IMG/VR virus record: IMGVR_UViG_3300014914_000004
Span: 1 to 64,000 of that record
DNA length: 64,000 nucleotides
DNA from: a virus
Strand: one strand, 5' to 3'
The notes below the pieces were generated by a model that searched no databases, was not told the DNA's origin, and worked only from the letters and a program-made list of their open reading frames with translations. This document shows, piece after piece, positions 8,113 to 17,384 of the stretch (positions are counted from its first letter, which is position 1; every line of letters begins with the position of its first letter). The translations under genes were made by a program, and so were the position numbers.

Positions 8113-9017
8113 TGGTTGGCGTATACCTAACTACCACAGGAACGTTGGATCCTATAGTAATTGACGATATGGGAGCGCTAACGTTCCCGCATCCGACAGT
8201 AGCATACAACTTGCTGTTAGACGTGACTGAGGATGAGATACAAAGCTCTGAGGACCTCCAGACATTAGTTACTGCGGGACATGTAACACTGGCGGATGAT
8301 GCTGGAGACCCGATTACGGATGTGCATGCCGCGGGACCACACCACCATCCTATTGGAGACGTAGATAATCTGCAGACTGAGTTGGCTGCCAAGGCAGATA
8401 CCCCCCACGGAACTGCCGACCATACGGGGATTATCGGGACACATGCGCAAATATCGGTGGTGGGGGTCGATGACCATCATGCTGAAGACCACGCGGCACG
8501 CCATGCTGATGGCGGAGCTGACGCCGTAAAGTTGGATGATCTCGCTACTCCGGACGACAATACTGATTTAGACTCCAGCACATCACGTCATGGCCTTCTC
8601 CCCAAGTTAGGAGGAGGTACCTCTGATTTTTTGAGGGCAGACGGCACCTGGGTAGTTCCTGCAGGCTCCGGACCTAACGTGGACACCGTGTCCACCGTTG
8701 GGGCTATTGTGACTACAATAAGCACGATACCTATCCCGGATGACACAGTACTATTATTTAAGGTTAGCGTAGTAGGCCGTCGAACAGATGCTCCAGATAG
8801 AGCTATGTATGTTCGGTGTTTCGGCGTGTACCGTGAGAGTGCGGGGGTGGCTACATTAGAAGGGGCATTGCAGACACTTCTTACTCGTGAATCAGCGCCA
8901 GGCTGGGACTGCACAGTATCTGTTTCAGGCAACAATGTATTAGTACAAGTATTAGGGGGTGTAGGGCACAGTGTGGATTGGAAGTGTGAATATTTTGACG
9001 GAGTGGAGGTCAGCTAA
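8112..9017 (+). CDS. His-rich fibre protein
   Basis: HHH/HH..H...H motifs, FLRADGTW fibre motif, C-terminal domain shared with 33458 and 35070. Confidence 0.65.
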   Translation: MVGVYLTTTGTLDPIVIDDMGALTFPHPTVAYNLLLDVTEDEIQSSEDLQTLVTAGHVTLADDAGDPITDVHAAGPHHHPIGDVDNLQTELAAKADTPHGTADHTGIIGTHAQISVVGVDDHHAEDHAARHADGGADAVKLDDLATPDDNTDLDSSTSRHGLLPKLGGGTSDFLRADGTWVVPAGSGPNVDTVSTVGAIVTTISTIPIPDDTVLLFKVSVVGRRTDAPDRAMYVRCFGVYRESAGVATLEGALQTLLTRESAPGWDCTVSVSGNNVLVQVLGGVGHSVDWKCEYFDGVEVS

Positions 9018-12000
9018 TGTCCATCACGGGGACCACAGATCTAGGTAACGGGGTGTTGGCGGTCACGGTAGATCATGATCCAACCTCGGTTGCTACGGAC
9101 GCACCTGAAGGCTCAATAATACTGCAAGAAGGTACCTCGGACTGGTACAAAAAAGAAGACGACGGTGTTTCTACGAATGTAAGTATCTTAGGTGCTAAGT
9201 ACGGCAATACGCTCCTCGTGGCTAAGACAGGCGGGGATTACGACACTATTCAAGCTGCGATTAATGCGTCCGGTGCCAATGATACGATCATTATCCACCC
9301 CGGTACGTACATAGAAGCCGTGACGACTAAAGCTGGAGGCTCCACGACGTTGGTTGGTGAGGGTGCGATGGGTAGTGTAGTCATCCAGCAGGATGCTGCA
9401 ACGGTGATGACCGTACCGGCGACTCCAATGACAATGGCGTTTATCAAGAATATCAAATTGAAGTCCAATGCGGTAGGTGCGGATCCTTCAAAGCTATTGG
9501 TGGGTGCCGGGCTGATGATGCTGTTCAGTGAAGTGGCTTTTGACTACGATATGAACAACGGCTACTGCTCCAGCATCGTAACGCTGAACGCTGGGAACAC
9601 TATTTTCACTAACTGTAAATTCGACTTTGACGGAGTTGGAACAGCTGGTGCCGAAAGTAATTTCGTCACTACTGCAGGGGCGGCAATGTTCGCCATCATG
9701 CAGGGGTTCGGCACGATGAGCGTTACTGCGGTTACAGCTTCTGAGAACCTGCATTTTATTAAAGACCTTTCTTCCGGAGCAAATAACATAAGGGATTTTG
9801 ATTGTAGATTAGATGCTTCGGGTGCGTCGTTTGCTGGTAGTTTAGATTTTTATTACGGTGAAAACTCCGGTTCGGTAGAGCTTCAGTCGAATAAGCTTCT
9901 TATCTCGACGCCCAGCGGTGCGGTAGGCTCATATGGTAGAGCTTACCGTCTTGCAGGTACGGGAGGAGGAGCGGTCCACTCGTCGGGCAATAGGGTCGAG
10001 GTAGCAGGGTTTGCGGATAACTACTTTGCCGATATTAGTGCAACCGAGACGCTGTATTCACACTTTGATGATGTGGTTGCGGCGCAGGGAACAATTGATG
10101 CGGGAACTTATCGCTACGTGAACTCGCCTTCAAATGGTGACCTGCAGCTTTCAGGTGTTGTCATTCCGAATACAATTGATGTAACGTCAGATTACGGTGC
10201 AACTGAGAGTTGGGTATTTAACGAGGCGTACTGCGATAGTTCCAGCGCATTGACTATGACGTTCCCAGTACCAGCAAGTATGGTCTATTTTCCAAATGGC
10301 TCGCGGAGAATGATGTTCAACAACGGAACCGGGACGGTCTATATCGACCCGAACGGTAACGACATTGATGGGTCTCCTGTTGAGCGCATGATTCAGCCAA
10401 ACGGCTGGTTGCATATTGGAAAAATAGACGACGAGATTCGTGTGTTGGATAGCTCGCTGTTTTCAGTCGCTATAGTTCCGACAGACATATCGAATTTGGA
10501 ATTGTGGGTGGATTTCAGTGATGCTTCGACGCTTACGATGAGCGGGTCAAGCATTACGGGAGTTGTCTCAAAAGACCCCAGCAGCCACGCCAGTGTTAGC
10601 GTAACTAGCGTACTCGCAGAACTTTCAGCATTGAACGGTAAGCAGGTTGCTGATTTTGGTGTTGGCACGAATAACTCGAATGTTGATTTTGGTGATTTGG
10701 AAGTACACGATAACACCCGCGGACTGCACGTTATCGTTGTGGCTCAAGCCAACTCTACGAATGATATGTTGGTCGCCAAGTATGGGTCGTCCAGCTTGCG
10801 TGAGTGGTATATGGGGACAAGTGTTTTTAGGAACTACGAGCTTGCTACGGGCGGCACACAAGGCTCTGCTAATTTGAATATCAGTGATATGGAGTGGTCT
10901 GTCTATGAGGCCAAGTGGGCACCGGGCGCGATAGTCAAGACCTGGATGAACGGTATCGCTTACGGAACAGACTATAGCGTGCCTAACTCGATGGCAGACA
11001 CTGCTGCTAATCTGTATTTGGGGGCCTACAATACAGGGACAAGCAGTGAGCTTTCCGGCAAAATTGCCGAAGTCATTATTTACAGTGATAATCTTACAGA
11101 GAATGAACGTGCAGGGCTGGTTAGTTATTTGTCGGGAAAATACGGACTAGCTCTCAATCCCCCGGGTCAGTCAGCAGAACTCAATGACTTGAAAGATGTT
11201 GATGCTCCAAACCCGAATCCAGGTGCTAAGCTGTTTTACAACGAAGGCACGCATACGTGGGAACAAGAGCCTCTGCCGATTTTAGTGTACAAAGAGGTTA
11301 TCTGTGCTGATTGGGCACCGACTTTGGATGATATTTACGACTTCGGTTCTACTTTGATAATTAATGCTCGGGTGAGTTTCACCAGCTTTGTTGGGAACGC
11401 AACTGTCGCAGTGCTCAACGGGCTGACTCCCACAGCAGGAGATGCTTATCTAGTTACAGACGCAGGAACACTGACAACGGGTTCCCTGGCGGTAGTTGCG
11501 GGAGACGTTGTAGTGTACAGCGGCACTGCCTGGGTAATGGGTAAGGGAGTAGGTAGCAGTGGGTACGCACAACAGGGGGTGCGTTTCCAGCTGTCAAGTG
11601 TCACGACCCTTATCGCACCGTACACGGGTTATTCAGGTGGCGAGTATCTGTATTTTGATGGCACGAGTAACACCGGAGTGGACACGGCACTGGACGTAGT
11701 TCTTACGCTGCCAGCGCCCACAGGACTCCCAGCACATGACGGGATGCTGCGAAGGTTGTATCTGGGAATCATGAGCGACACTGAATACGGTAAAGTAGAT
11801 ATAGAGATAGCGAGCAGCGGTGTTTTTTCGGATGGACTAGAGAAGGCAGAGCTCCGCAAAGATGGATCTACTGTTATGCTCGCGGCGTTTAACGCTGCGT
11901 TGCAATCTACCTGGCAACGTATTTCCAGTATGAAAGATGTAATGCAAATTCGGCGTGCCGCTACCTGGGCGGCTGCGAATTTCAGTACAGCTACTGCTCT

Positions 12001-12358
12001 TCCGTTCGACACGGCCGACACTGAGAACAACGACGCGGTATCGGAGTGGGCGATCACGCCGAATCCAAGTTATGTTTCGATAAATTACACGAGTCGGTAC
12101 ACCGTTTCCGGCTTTGCTTCATTAGATTCTACGGGCGGTAGTACGTGGACATGTGATGCGTACCTGGCAGTAAACGGGACCGAAGTAAGCGGCACCCGAA
12201 TACGTACTGGCAACTATGGAGGGGAAGATCAAGCCCTCACACTTTCTCCGATGGTACTAGACCTTGAGGATGGGGACTATCTTGAGTGGGTGTTCGATCA
12301 GGCAAGTTTGACTGGGAATCTGCGCGCAGCCACCTTATCTGTGGTATGTGATTATTAG
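9017..12358 (+). CDS. multidomain tail spike/receptor-binding protein (pectin-lyase-like beta helix + LamG/ConA lectin + C1q-like tip)
   Basis: VAKTGGDYDTIQAAINA..IIIHPGTY; LELWVDFSDASTL...SGKIAEVIIYS..L...V.YL..KYG; C-terminal LDLEDGDYLE. Confidence 0.7.
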   Translation: MSITGTTDLGNGVLAVTVDHDPTSVATDAPEGSIILQEGTSDWYKKEDDGVSTNVSILGAKYGNTLLVAKTGGDYDTIQAAINASGANDTIIIHPGTYIEAVTTKAGGSTTLVGEGAMGSVVIQQDAATVMTVPATPMTMAFIKNIKLKSNAVGADPSKLLVGAGLMMLFSEVAFDYDMNNGYCSSIVTLNAGNTIFTNCKFDFDGVGTAGAESNFVTTAGAAMFAIMQGFGTMSVTAVTASENLHFIKDLSSGANNIRDFDCRLDASGASFAGSLDFYYGENSGSVELQSNKLLISTPSGAVGSYGRAYRLAGTGGGAVHSSGNRVEVAGFADNYFADISATETLYSHFDDVVAAQGTIDAGTYRYVNSPSNGDLQLSGVVIPNTIDVTSDYGATESWVFNEAYCDSSSALTMTFPVPASMVYFPNGSRRMMFNNGTGTVYIDPNGNDIDGSPVERMIQPNGWLHIGKIDDEIRVLDSSLFSVAIVPTDISNLELWVDFSDASTLTMSGSSITGVVSKDPSSHASVSVTSVLAELSALNGKQVADFGVGTNNSNVDFGDLEVHDNTRGLHVIVVAQANSTNDMLVAKYGSSSLREWYMGTSVFRNYELATGGTQGSANLNISDMEWSVYEAKWAPGAIVKTWMNGIAYGTDYSVPNSMADTAANLYLGAYNTGTSSELSGKIAEVIIYSDNLTENERAGLVSYLSGKYGLALNPPGQSAELNDLKDVDAPNPNPGAKLFYNEGTHTWEQEPLPILVYKEVICADWAPTLDDIYDFGSTLIINARVSFTSFVGNATVAVLNGLTPTAGDAYLVTDAGTLTTGSLAVVAGDVVVYSGTAWVMGKGVGSSGYAQQGVRFQLSSVTTLIAPYTGYSGGEYLYFDGTSNTGVDTALDVVLTLPAPTGLPAHDGMLRRLYLGIMSDTEYGKVDIEIASSGVFSDGLEKAELRKDGSTVMLAAFNAALQSTWQRISSMKDVMQIRRAATWAAANFSTATALPFDTADTENNDAVSEWAITPNPSYVSINYTSRYTVSGFASLDSTGGSTWTCDAYLAVNGTEVSGTRIRTGNYGGEDQALTLSPMVLDLEDGDYLEWVFDQASLTGNLRAATLSVVCDY

Positions 12359-12367
12359 GAGGCGGAA

Positions 12368-12838
12368 ATGGCACGGACAGAGTATACGTATTCAAACTTA
12401 GTGGAGCTTCCGTGCTTTGCGTACATAGATGAGTACTTAGGACTTTCCAGTATGGCAAACAAGGACATGGTTGATATCTCAGTTAACCCTGAGCAACGAT
12501 GGCTTAAAGTCTGGTTTGATCCTGAGTTAAGTGTTGCAGATAAAGCGTTGTTCGATACAATAGTAGCGGACAGTCTTGGGAAGATAAGTGTTAAGAAGAG
12601 TAGAGAGGCTATCATGGCTGAGATACTTACGGCAGCATCTTCGGACCAGGAGCAAATGGGACGTTTACTGGACGCGCTGGACGACTACACGTCCATGTCT
12701 ATCGCCTTAGACGGCAGGAATTACGCCTTAGCTCGTTCGCGCGTGCAGAAGGTATATCTTGACGGTAAAATTACGGAGGCAGACAGGGACCTGGTACTAG
12801 CATGTATCCCTGCTGACTCGTATGTATTGGAGAATTGA
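12368..12838 (+). CDS. putative fibre assembly chaperone / hypothetical
   Basis: AGGAGG RBS; helical protein directly after a fibre gene. Confidence 0.5.
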   Translation: MARTEYTYSNLVELPCFAYIDEYLGLSSMANKDMVDISVNPEQRWLKVWFDPELSVADKALFDTIVADSLGKISVKKSREAIMAEILTAASSDQEQMGRLLDALDDYTSMSIALDGRNYALARSRVQKVYLDGKITEADRDLVLACIPADSYVLEN

Positions 12839-14232
12839 TGGCTGTTTTAGGTACTACAGATATGGGAAGAGGGGCGCGTACGCTTTTAGTCGACCACGAC
12901 CCTTTTGTAGTGGCGACAGATGCCCCCACAGGGGCCCTTATCGTTAGAGAGGGGTCGTCGACATGGTATCGAAAGCTCGACGATGGGCTCACCACTAACG
13001 TTGCGATAGATGAAGTTCCTAGTGCTGCTGCTAAATTAGAATACGGCTCTTTTTGTGTTGCCAGGGCGAATCAGGATTCTTGGAACCAAACGACATTGCG
13101 GGAGTGGATTTATTACCACGCAGCAGACATAAAACGTAATGTAAGTTCTTATTTTGGGAGTTGTTTTTTTGATGTTGTAGAGTTGGATGATTCTTCAGTC
13201 TACAGCACGTGGGAGAAGTTGCAGTTTGCAGATGTTGCAGCAATGTACACTTTTATACGCGACAATTTTGCAGAGAGCATTTCTAATCCTGGGACGCCTG
13301 CACGCCATGCGTATGTTCGAGTCTACGACATGGTGGGTCCGCAGGTTCCTAATATAGATAAAATATACGGAATTAATAAGTTTTACTCCGTATTGCGGGG
13401 CAGCAAAAACTACAGAAGTAACCCTTACTGCCTTACGTCTACTCCTAGTTGGGACTTCTTTGCTCCATGGTTCAACGATTTGTGTAACCAAAATTTCGGG
13501 TTTGGCAGCGGGCACACATATAGTGCGGGAGACGAAAGTGCACTGTGGCTAAGTCGAAATGAGCGAAAAAGATATGGGCTGCCTCATCCCGGATTCAGTT
13601 CTTACTTACAGTCTAATGTAGATAGAGCAATCTGGAACTGGGGAGATTCTAGTTTTTCCAGTCTCCCTACCCCGACAAGGTACGATAATGACCCGGCGCC
13701 TAATGGCTCAAGACATACATATTGCGGGCTACATACACAAGCGATTTCATCCTGGGAATGGGTAGATAGCGGGCCGTCATTAGGATTAGGTATTGGCAGT
13801 ATGGATAGAAGCTGGTTAGCATTGTACCACTTACAGAGCGGGATTGATTCTAACCACAGGGCAATTATGCTTAAGCCAGTAGGGATAGATCAGGCAGGAC
13901 TGAACTGGTTTGATAGTAGCAGTTACGACATATGTGCTCTGTACACCAGAAAGAACTCTACTCCTATTATGCGACAGCTCTCGTTGGCAGGGTCAAGGGT
14001 AAGTACTGTACGTGACCTTGTGTGGTTGGACATTACACAGTGGCGTCCTCCGAATCACGGACAATCACCTTCGGATTTGAGTATGAATATGGTAGGGGAG
14101 CAGCCGTACATTACCCAGTTTATGTTGCGGGACAAAGTTACACGGGAAGTATCTCCGGCTTCAAAACCTAGGATAGTGTTGTCGCAGAGACATAGAGACG
14201 CACCTTATAAGTATGAGGTAAAGCGTCCATAG
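12838..14232 (+). CDS. second receptor-binding/fibre-like protein sharing the N-terminal anchor with 9017
   Basis: TGATG coupling; first 55 aa are 32/55 identical (hand count) to 9017; aromatic-rich unrelated C-terminal body. Confidence 0.65.
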   Translation: MAVLGTTDMGRGARTLLVDHDPFVVATDAPTGALIVREGSSTWYRKLDDGLTTNVAIDEVPSAAAKLEYGSFCVARANQDSWNQTTLREWIYYHAADIKRNVSSYFGSCFFDVVELDDSSVYSTWEKLQFADVAAMYTFIRDNFAESISNPGTPARHAYVRVYDMVGPQVPNIDKIYGINKFYSVLRGSKNYRSNPYCLTSTPSWDFFAPWFNDLCNQNFGFGSGHTYSAGDESALWLSRNERKRYGLPHPGFSSYLQSNVDRAIWNWGDSSFSSLPTPTRYDNDPAPNGSRHTYCGLHTQAISSWEWVDSGPSLGLGIGSMDRSWLALYHLQSGIDSNHRAIMLKPVGIDQAGLNWFDSSSYDICALYTRKNSTPIMRQLSLAGSRVSTVRDLVWLDITQWRPPNHGQSPSDLSMNMVGEQPYITQFMLRDKVTREVSPASKPRIVLSQRHRDAPYKYEVKRP

Positions 14233-14240
14233 TTTAAGTG

Positions 14241-14330
14241 GTGGTCTGTCTGGTTAAAGTCAGGCTACATATGGCGTGTATGGTTAAAATCGCGCCGCAT
14301 TTGGTCTGTTTGGTTAAAGTCAGGCCATCT
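14241..14330 (+). repeat. three tandem 30-nt hairpin units with compensatory stems and conserved loop TNTGGTTAAART (candidate structured RNA)
   Basis: Units gtggtctgtctggttaaagtcaggctacat / atggcgtgtatggttaaaatcgcgccgcat / ttggtctgtttggttaaagtcaggccatct; every stem difference keeps pairing. Confidence 0.8.
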
Positions 14331-14382
14331 AACATTATGCTCAGTATTTCTGGGCTTAAGATACAGGGAAAGGGTACATTAC

Positions 14383-14937
14383 ATGTCTGGTTCTAAACAT
14401 ATGCTAGTGTGCCTCACGGCTTCTGACGGTTTTATCGGTAGCGCTATCCGAGGCGTAACTGAGAGCAATGTGAACCATGCGTTCATTGCGTTTTACAGCA
14501 AAGAACATAAGAGCTGGCAGGCGCTACAGACAGATCATCGTGGGCTAGTGCAGGTTCCGGCAAAGACTTTAGATTATAGGTCTATTGAGTGTTACATGTT
14601 CCCTGACCTGGACCTGACGACAGCACTCCCTGAGTGTGGAGACCTTATCGGAGACTCTTATGATTTTATCGGGATCGCCGGCTTCCTAATTAAGATATGT
14701 GTATGGCGACTTACAGGGCGTCGTATAGTGAATCCATTACATAAAAAAGGCGAGTTATTCTGCTCGGAATTCGCCGTCGAATACTTACAGAAAGTTGCTG
14801 GGATGTATTCCTGGATGAAGATGGTTAAGCCTTCCGGCGTAGCTCCTGGAGGACTAAGCTCTAGTCTGGGCGTCCCCTCTCTTAAAGAAATGCTGCAAAC
14901 ACACGATGAGGTGTCTAGGGTAGATTGCCCTTGGTAG
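14383..14937 (+). CDS. permuted papain-like NlpC/P60 (YiiX/YaeF-type) peptidase
   Basis: His before Cys: VNHAFI...IGDSYDF...ELFCSEF. Confidence 0.75.
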   Translation: MSGSKHMLVCLTASDGFIGSAIRGVTESNVNHAFIAFYSKEHKSWQALQTDHRGLVQVPAKTLDYRSIECYMFPDLDLTTALPECGDLIGDSYDFIGIAGFLIKICVWRLTGRRIVNPLHKKGELFCSEFAVEYLQKVAGMYSWMKMVKPSGVAPGGLSSSLGVPSLKEMLQTHDEVSRVDCPW

Positions 14938-14946
14938 GAGGACAGT

Positions 14947-15489
14947 ATGGTACAGGGGAGCTCGTCAGTCCCTCCCGGCGCTAAGAGGTCCAGTACTTCT
15001 TTGTACCGGGACTCGTTAAAGGACAAAGCGAATAAAGAATGGGTGGAGGTAATAGTGGAAGCGTTAAAAGAGGATATTGTCGAGACTAAAAAGATCGCAA
15101 TAAGCGGGAAGCGTAAGGCTGACCAGCCACATAGCTGCCTGCATGAGGATGATATCAAGGGTCTCGCCAAAGCGGTTAATGGCTGGAAGACTCTGAAGTT
15201 TGGCGCTGCAATTGGGTTTGTGGTTATCCTGGCAGGAGCCATAGCGCAATATTACGCTCTGACAGATAAGACGGAAGACACTGCGCAGGACGTTAAGCAG
15301 GTAACGGAGTCTGTAGAGATAATCAAAGGTGAGGTGCAGGCTGTAGCGGGAGCCATGGACGAGCATCTCGAGCAGTATGAAGAACAGAAGCGCACAGCCG
15401 ACATTGAGAAGGCAGTTGAGCTCCAGGCTATATCAGACATTGTACGTGCTGCCATAGAAGAAACCTCCTCCCGAAGACGCCCTAAGTAG
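14947..15489 (+). CDS. single-TM coiled-coil protein
   Basis: AGGAGG RBS; TM FGAAIGFVVILAGAIA followed by heptads. Confidence 0.65.
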   Translation: MVQGSSSVPPGAKRSSTSLYRDSLKDKANKEWVEVIVEALKEDIVETKKIAISGKRKADQPHSCLHEDDIKGLAKAVNGWKTLKFGAAIGFVVILAGAIAQYYALTDKTEDTAQDVKQVTESVEIIKGEVQAVAGAMDEHLEQYEEQKRTADIEKAVELQAISDIVRAAIEETSSRRRPK

Positions 15490-15491
15490 CG

Positions 15492-15848
15492 ATGTACCAG
15501 TATAGAGCAGAGGTAGTGTACGTTGTTGATGGAGACACTATTGACGTTGCAGTAGACCTGGGGTTCAAACACACCCAGGAAATGCGGTTACGCCTCGCAG
15601 GAATAGATACCTGGGAGCTACGAGGAGAAGAGCGTGCGAAGGGGCTAGTGGCGAAGGAGTACGTACTGGAGACCTTCGCGAATATGGACCCTGAAGATTA
15701 CGTGGTAATCCGCACGAAAAAAGATAAGCAGGGGAAGTATGGAAGATATATCGCTACTGTCCTTATTATGGGTAGGGATGATACTGAACTACTTAACCTC
15801 AACGATGCTCTAGTAGAGGAGGGCCATGCCAGGAGAGTGCCCTGGTGA
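15492..15848 (+). CDS. thermonuclease (staphylococcal nuclease) family protein
   Basis: VVDGDTIDV.VDLGF...RLRLAGIDTWE...GKYGRYIA...LNDALVEEGHA. Confidence 0.9.
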   Translation: MYQYRAEVVYVVDGDTIDVAVDLGFKHTQEMRLRLAGIDTWELRGEERAKGLVAKEYVLETFANMDPEDYVVIRTKKDKQGKYGRYIATVLIMGRDDTELLNLNDALVEEGHARRVPW

Positions 15849-15973
15849 CCCTTTGGGATAAAGTACTTCGAGTGGTAACTGTCTTCACATTCACAGTGGT
15901 GATCGTTTTTTTGTTTTTCTGGGTCTCATTTCTGCTAGACTGTTTCTACGTATAATTGGGAGGAGGAGCGGCC

Positions 15974-16951
15974 ATGCCTTTCGAGTCCAAAGCACAGCAA
16001 CGCTGGATGTTCGCTAAGCATCCTGCGATGGCAAAAGAGTGGGCGGCCCATACTCCTGGTATAAAGAAGCTACCGGAGAAGAAGATGAAGAAAAAGAACT
16101 CAGGGACCCGGAAAGTAGGAATGCTTGCAGCGCAGGAGCCTAACCTAGGTACTCCAGATCCTACAGGCGGGACTCAGATGTCCACCACTGCAGCACAGAT
16201 GAGTAATGCACAGAACCTTACTCCCAAGCTGACAGTACCTAAGCCTCCGGAGCAGGCCAGCGGCGGCACACTAGGAAAGCAGAGTATGGCGGCATCTCCT
16301 GCACGCAACACTTCTACGATCCCATTTAGAGAAGACGGCAGCGCCCCTGCTATACCTGATGGTACAAATAACGAGATGAATGTGTTGGAAGGGGAGACGT
16401 CTGCGTTTGATTCTGACGACAGACTGGAGAACGATTATAGTCTGGAGACTATGGGGTATTCTACTCCAGCACTTCCAAATGCGGAGGGAGAACACGCGAT
16501 GCGTACCACTACAAAAGTAAGTAATGAGCTGGAAGGCTTGCTCAATCATCTGGGAGCCACAGAAGAGAAGACTGCAGGGATCAGCCCTAAGATGGTTAAG
16601 TCTCTGATCTCTTCAGGATCATCTCTAAGTACTTTCCACGATCACGAAAAGGAAAGAAAGTCTCGCCGTAAGAAGGGAATGCTCACAAAAGTTTCCGAAG
16701 GGTCTGGCCCGATGGATGAGATGAAAGCGCAGCATATGACAGAAGCGCACGAGCAGAAGATGCGCCATAACGAAGAGATACATCAGCTTAAAATACAGAA
16801 TATGGGGCAGTCACAACAGGCCGGAGCCGAAGAAGGCGTGGAGGAACTTCCTCCTCCCCCAGCACCCCTCGAGCCTGAGCATGAGCAATCAGTGCTGCAA
16901 ACTGCCCTTCAGAACCTGAAGGACAAGCAAGTACAGATGGGTCCTTTGTAA
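15974..16951 (+). CDS. low-complexity phage protein, possibly virion-internal
   Basis: TATAAT at 15951, GGAGGAGG RBS, MPFESKAQQRWMF N-terminal phage motif; mostly disordered-looking. Confidence 0.65.
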   Translation: MPFESKAQQRWMFAKHPAMAKEWAAHTPGIKKLPEKKMKKKNSGTRKVGMLAAQEPNLGTPDPTGGTQMSTTAAQMSNAQNLTPKLTVPKPPEQASGGTLGKQSMAASPARNTSTIPFREDGSAPAIPDGTNNEMNVLEGETSAFDSDDRLENDYSLETMGYSTPALPNAEGEHAMRTTTKVSNELEGLLNHLGATEEKTAGISPKMVKSLISSGSSLSTFHDHEKERKSRRKKGMLTKVSEGSGPMDEMKAQHMTEAHEQKMRHNEEIHQLKIQNMGQSQQAGAEEGVEELPPPPAPLEPEHEQSVLQTALQNLKDKQVQMGPL

Positions 16952-16962
16952 CGTTTTTTTCC

Positions 16963-16990
16963 TAGACATTTTCTCTTTACCCCGTAAACT
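16963..16990 (+). promoter_or_regulatory. sigma70-like promoter
   Basis: TAGACA-N16-TAAACT upstream of a long hairpin. Confidence 0.45.
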
Positions 16991-17009
16991 TACGTACAAG
17001 TCACACCCT

Positions 17010-17084
17010 CGACCGTCGCTAATTGGCACTAAGTTGTTCAGATGCAGAAAAGAAAAAACTTAGCTGGCGCGGTCGTTTGTCTTT
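17010..17084 (+). ncRNA. candidate small structured RNA (extended hairpin + U-rich tail)
   Basis: CGACCG/CGGTCG, CGCTA/TGGCG and CTAAGTT/AACTTAG nested helices, followed by TTTGTCTTTT. Confidence 0.4.
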
Positions 17085-17099
17085 TGTTATGGTACGACA

Positions 17100-17384
17100 A
17101 TGGATATCAAACTTGAGTTTGAACACATCCCTGCGTATGTCTTGGATTACGTGAAGAATCAGGCCGAGGCGTACATAGACGCAGAACCTGAGGCCTCAGA
17201 TAAGCTGGGGCTCCCTCTTCTCATAGACGATATACTGTTTGCCATTGAAGAGCACGCAGGCTACCCGGAAGAGCAGATTGCCCACTTGTTTGTGCTCTGG
17301 ACTAACCTAACCTCTGCTATCGCTCGACTGGATATTCTGGTTGCCGCACGTAAACAACGCGGAAACGCGGGTATAAGTGGATAA
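17100..17384 (+). CDS. hypothetical protein, probably leaderless
   Basis: TGtTATGGT extended -10 six nt before ATG; no SD. Confidence 0.65.
   Translation: MDIKLEFEHIPAYVLDYVKNQAEAYIDAEPEASDKLGLPLLIDDILFAIEEHAGYPEEQIAHLFVLWTNLTSAIARLDILVAARKQRGNAGISG

Noticed and set aside
14241-14330. Mini-CRISPR array
   Set aside because: Units abut with no unique spacers, and no cas genes are present
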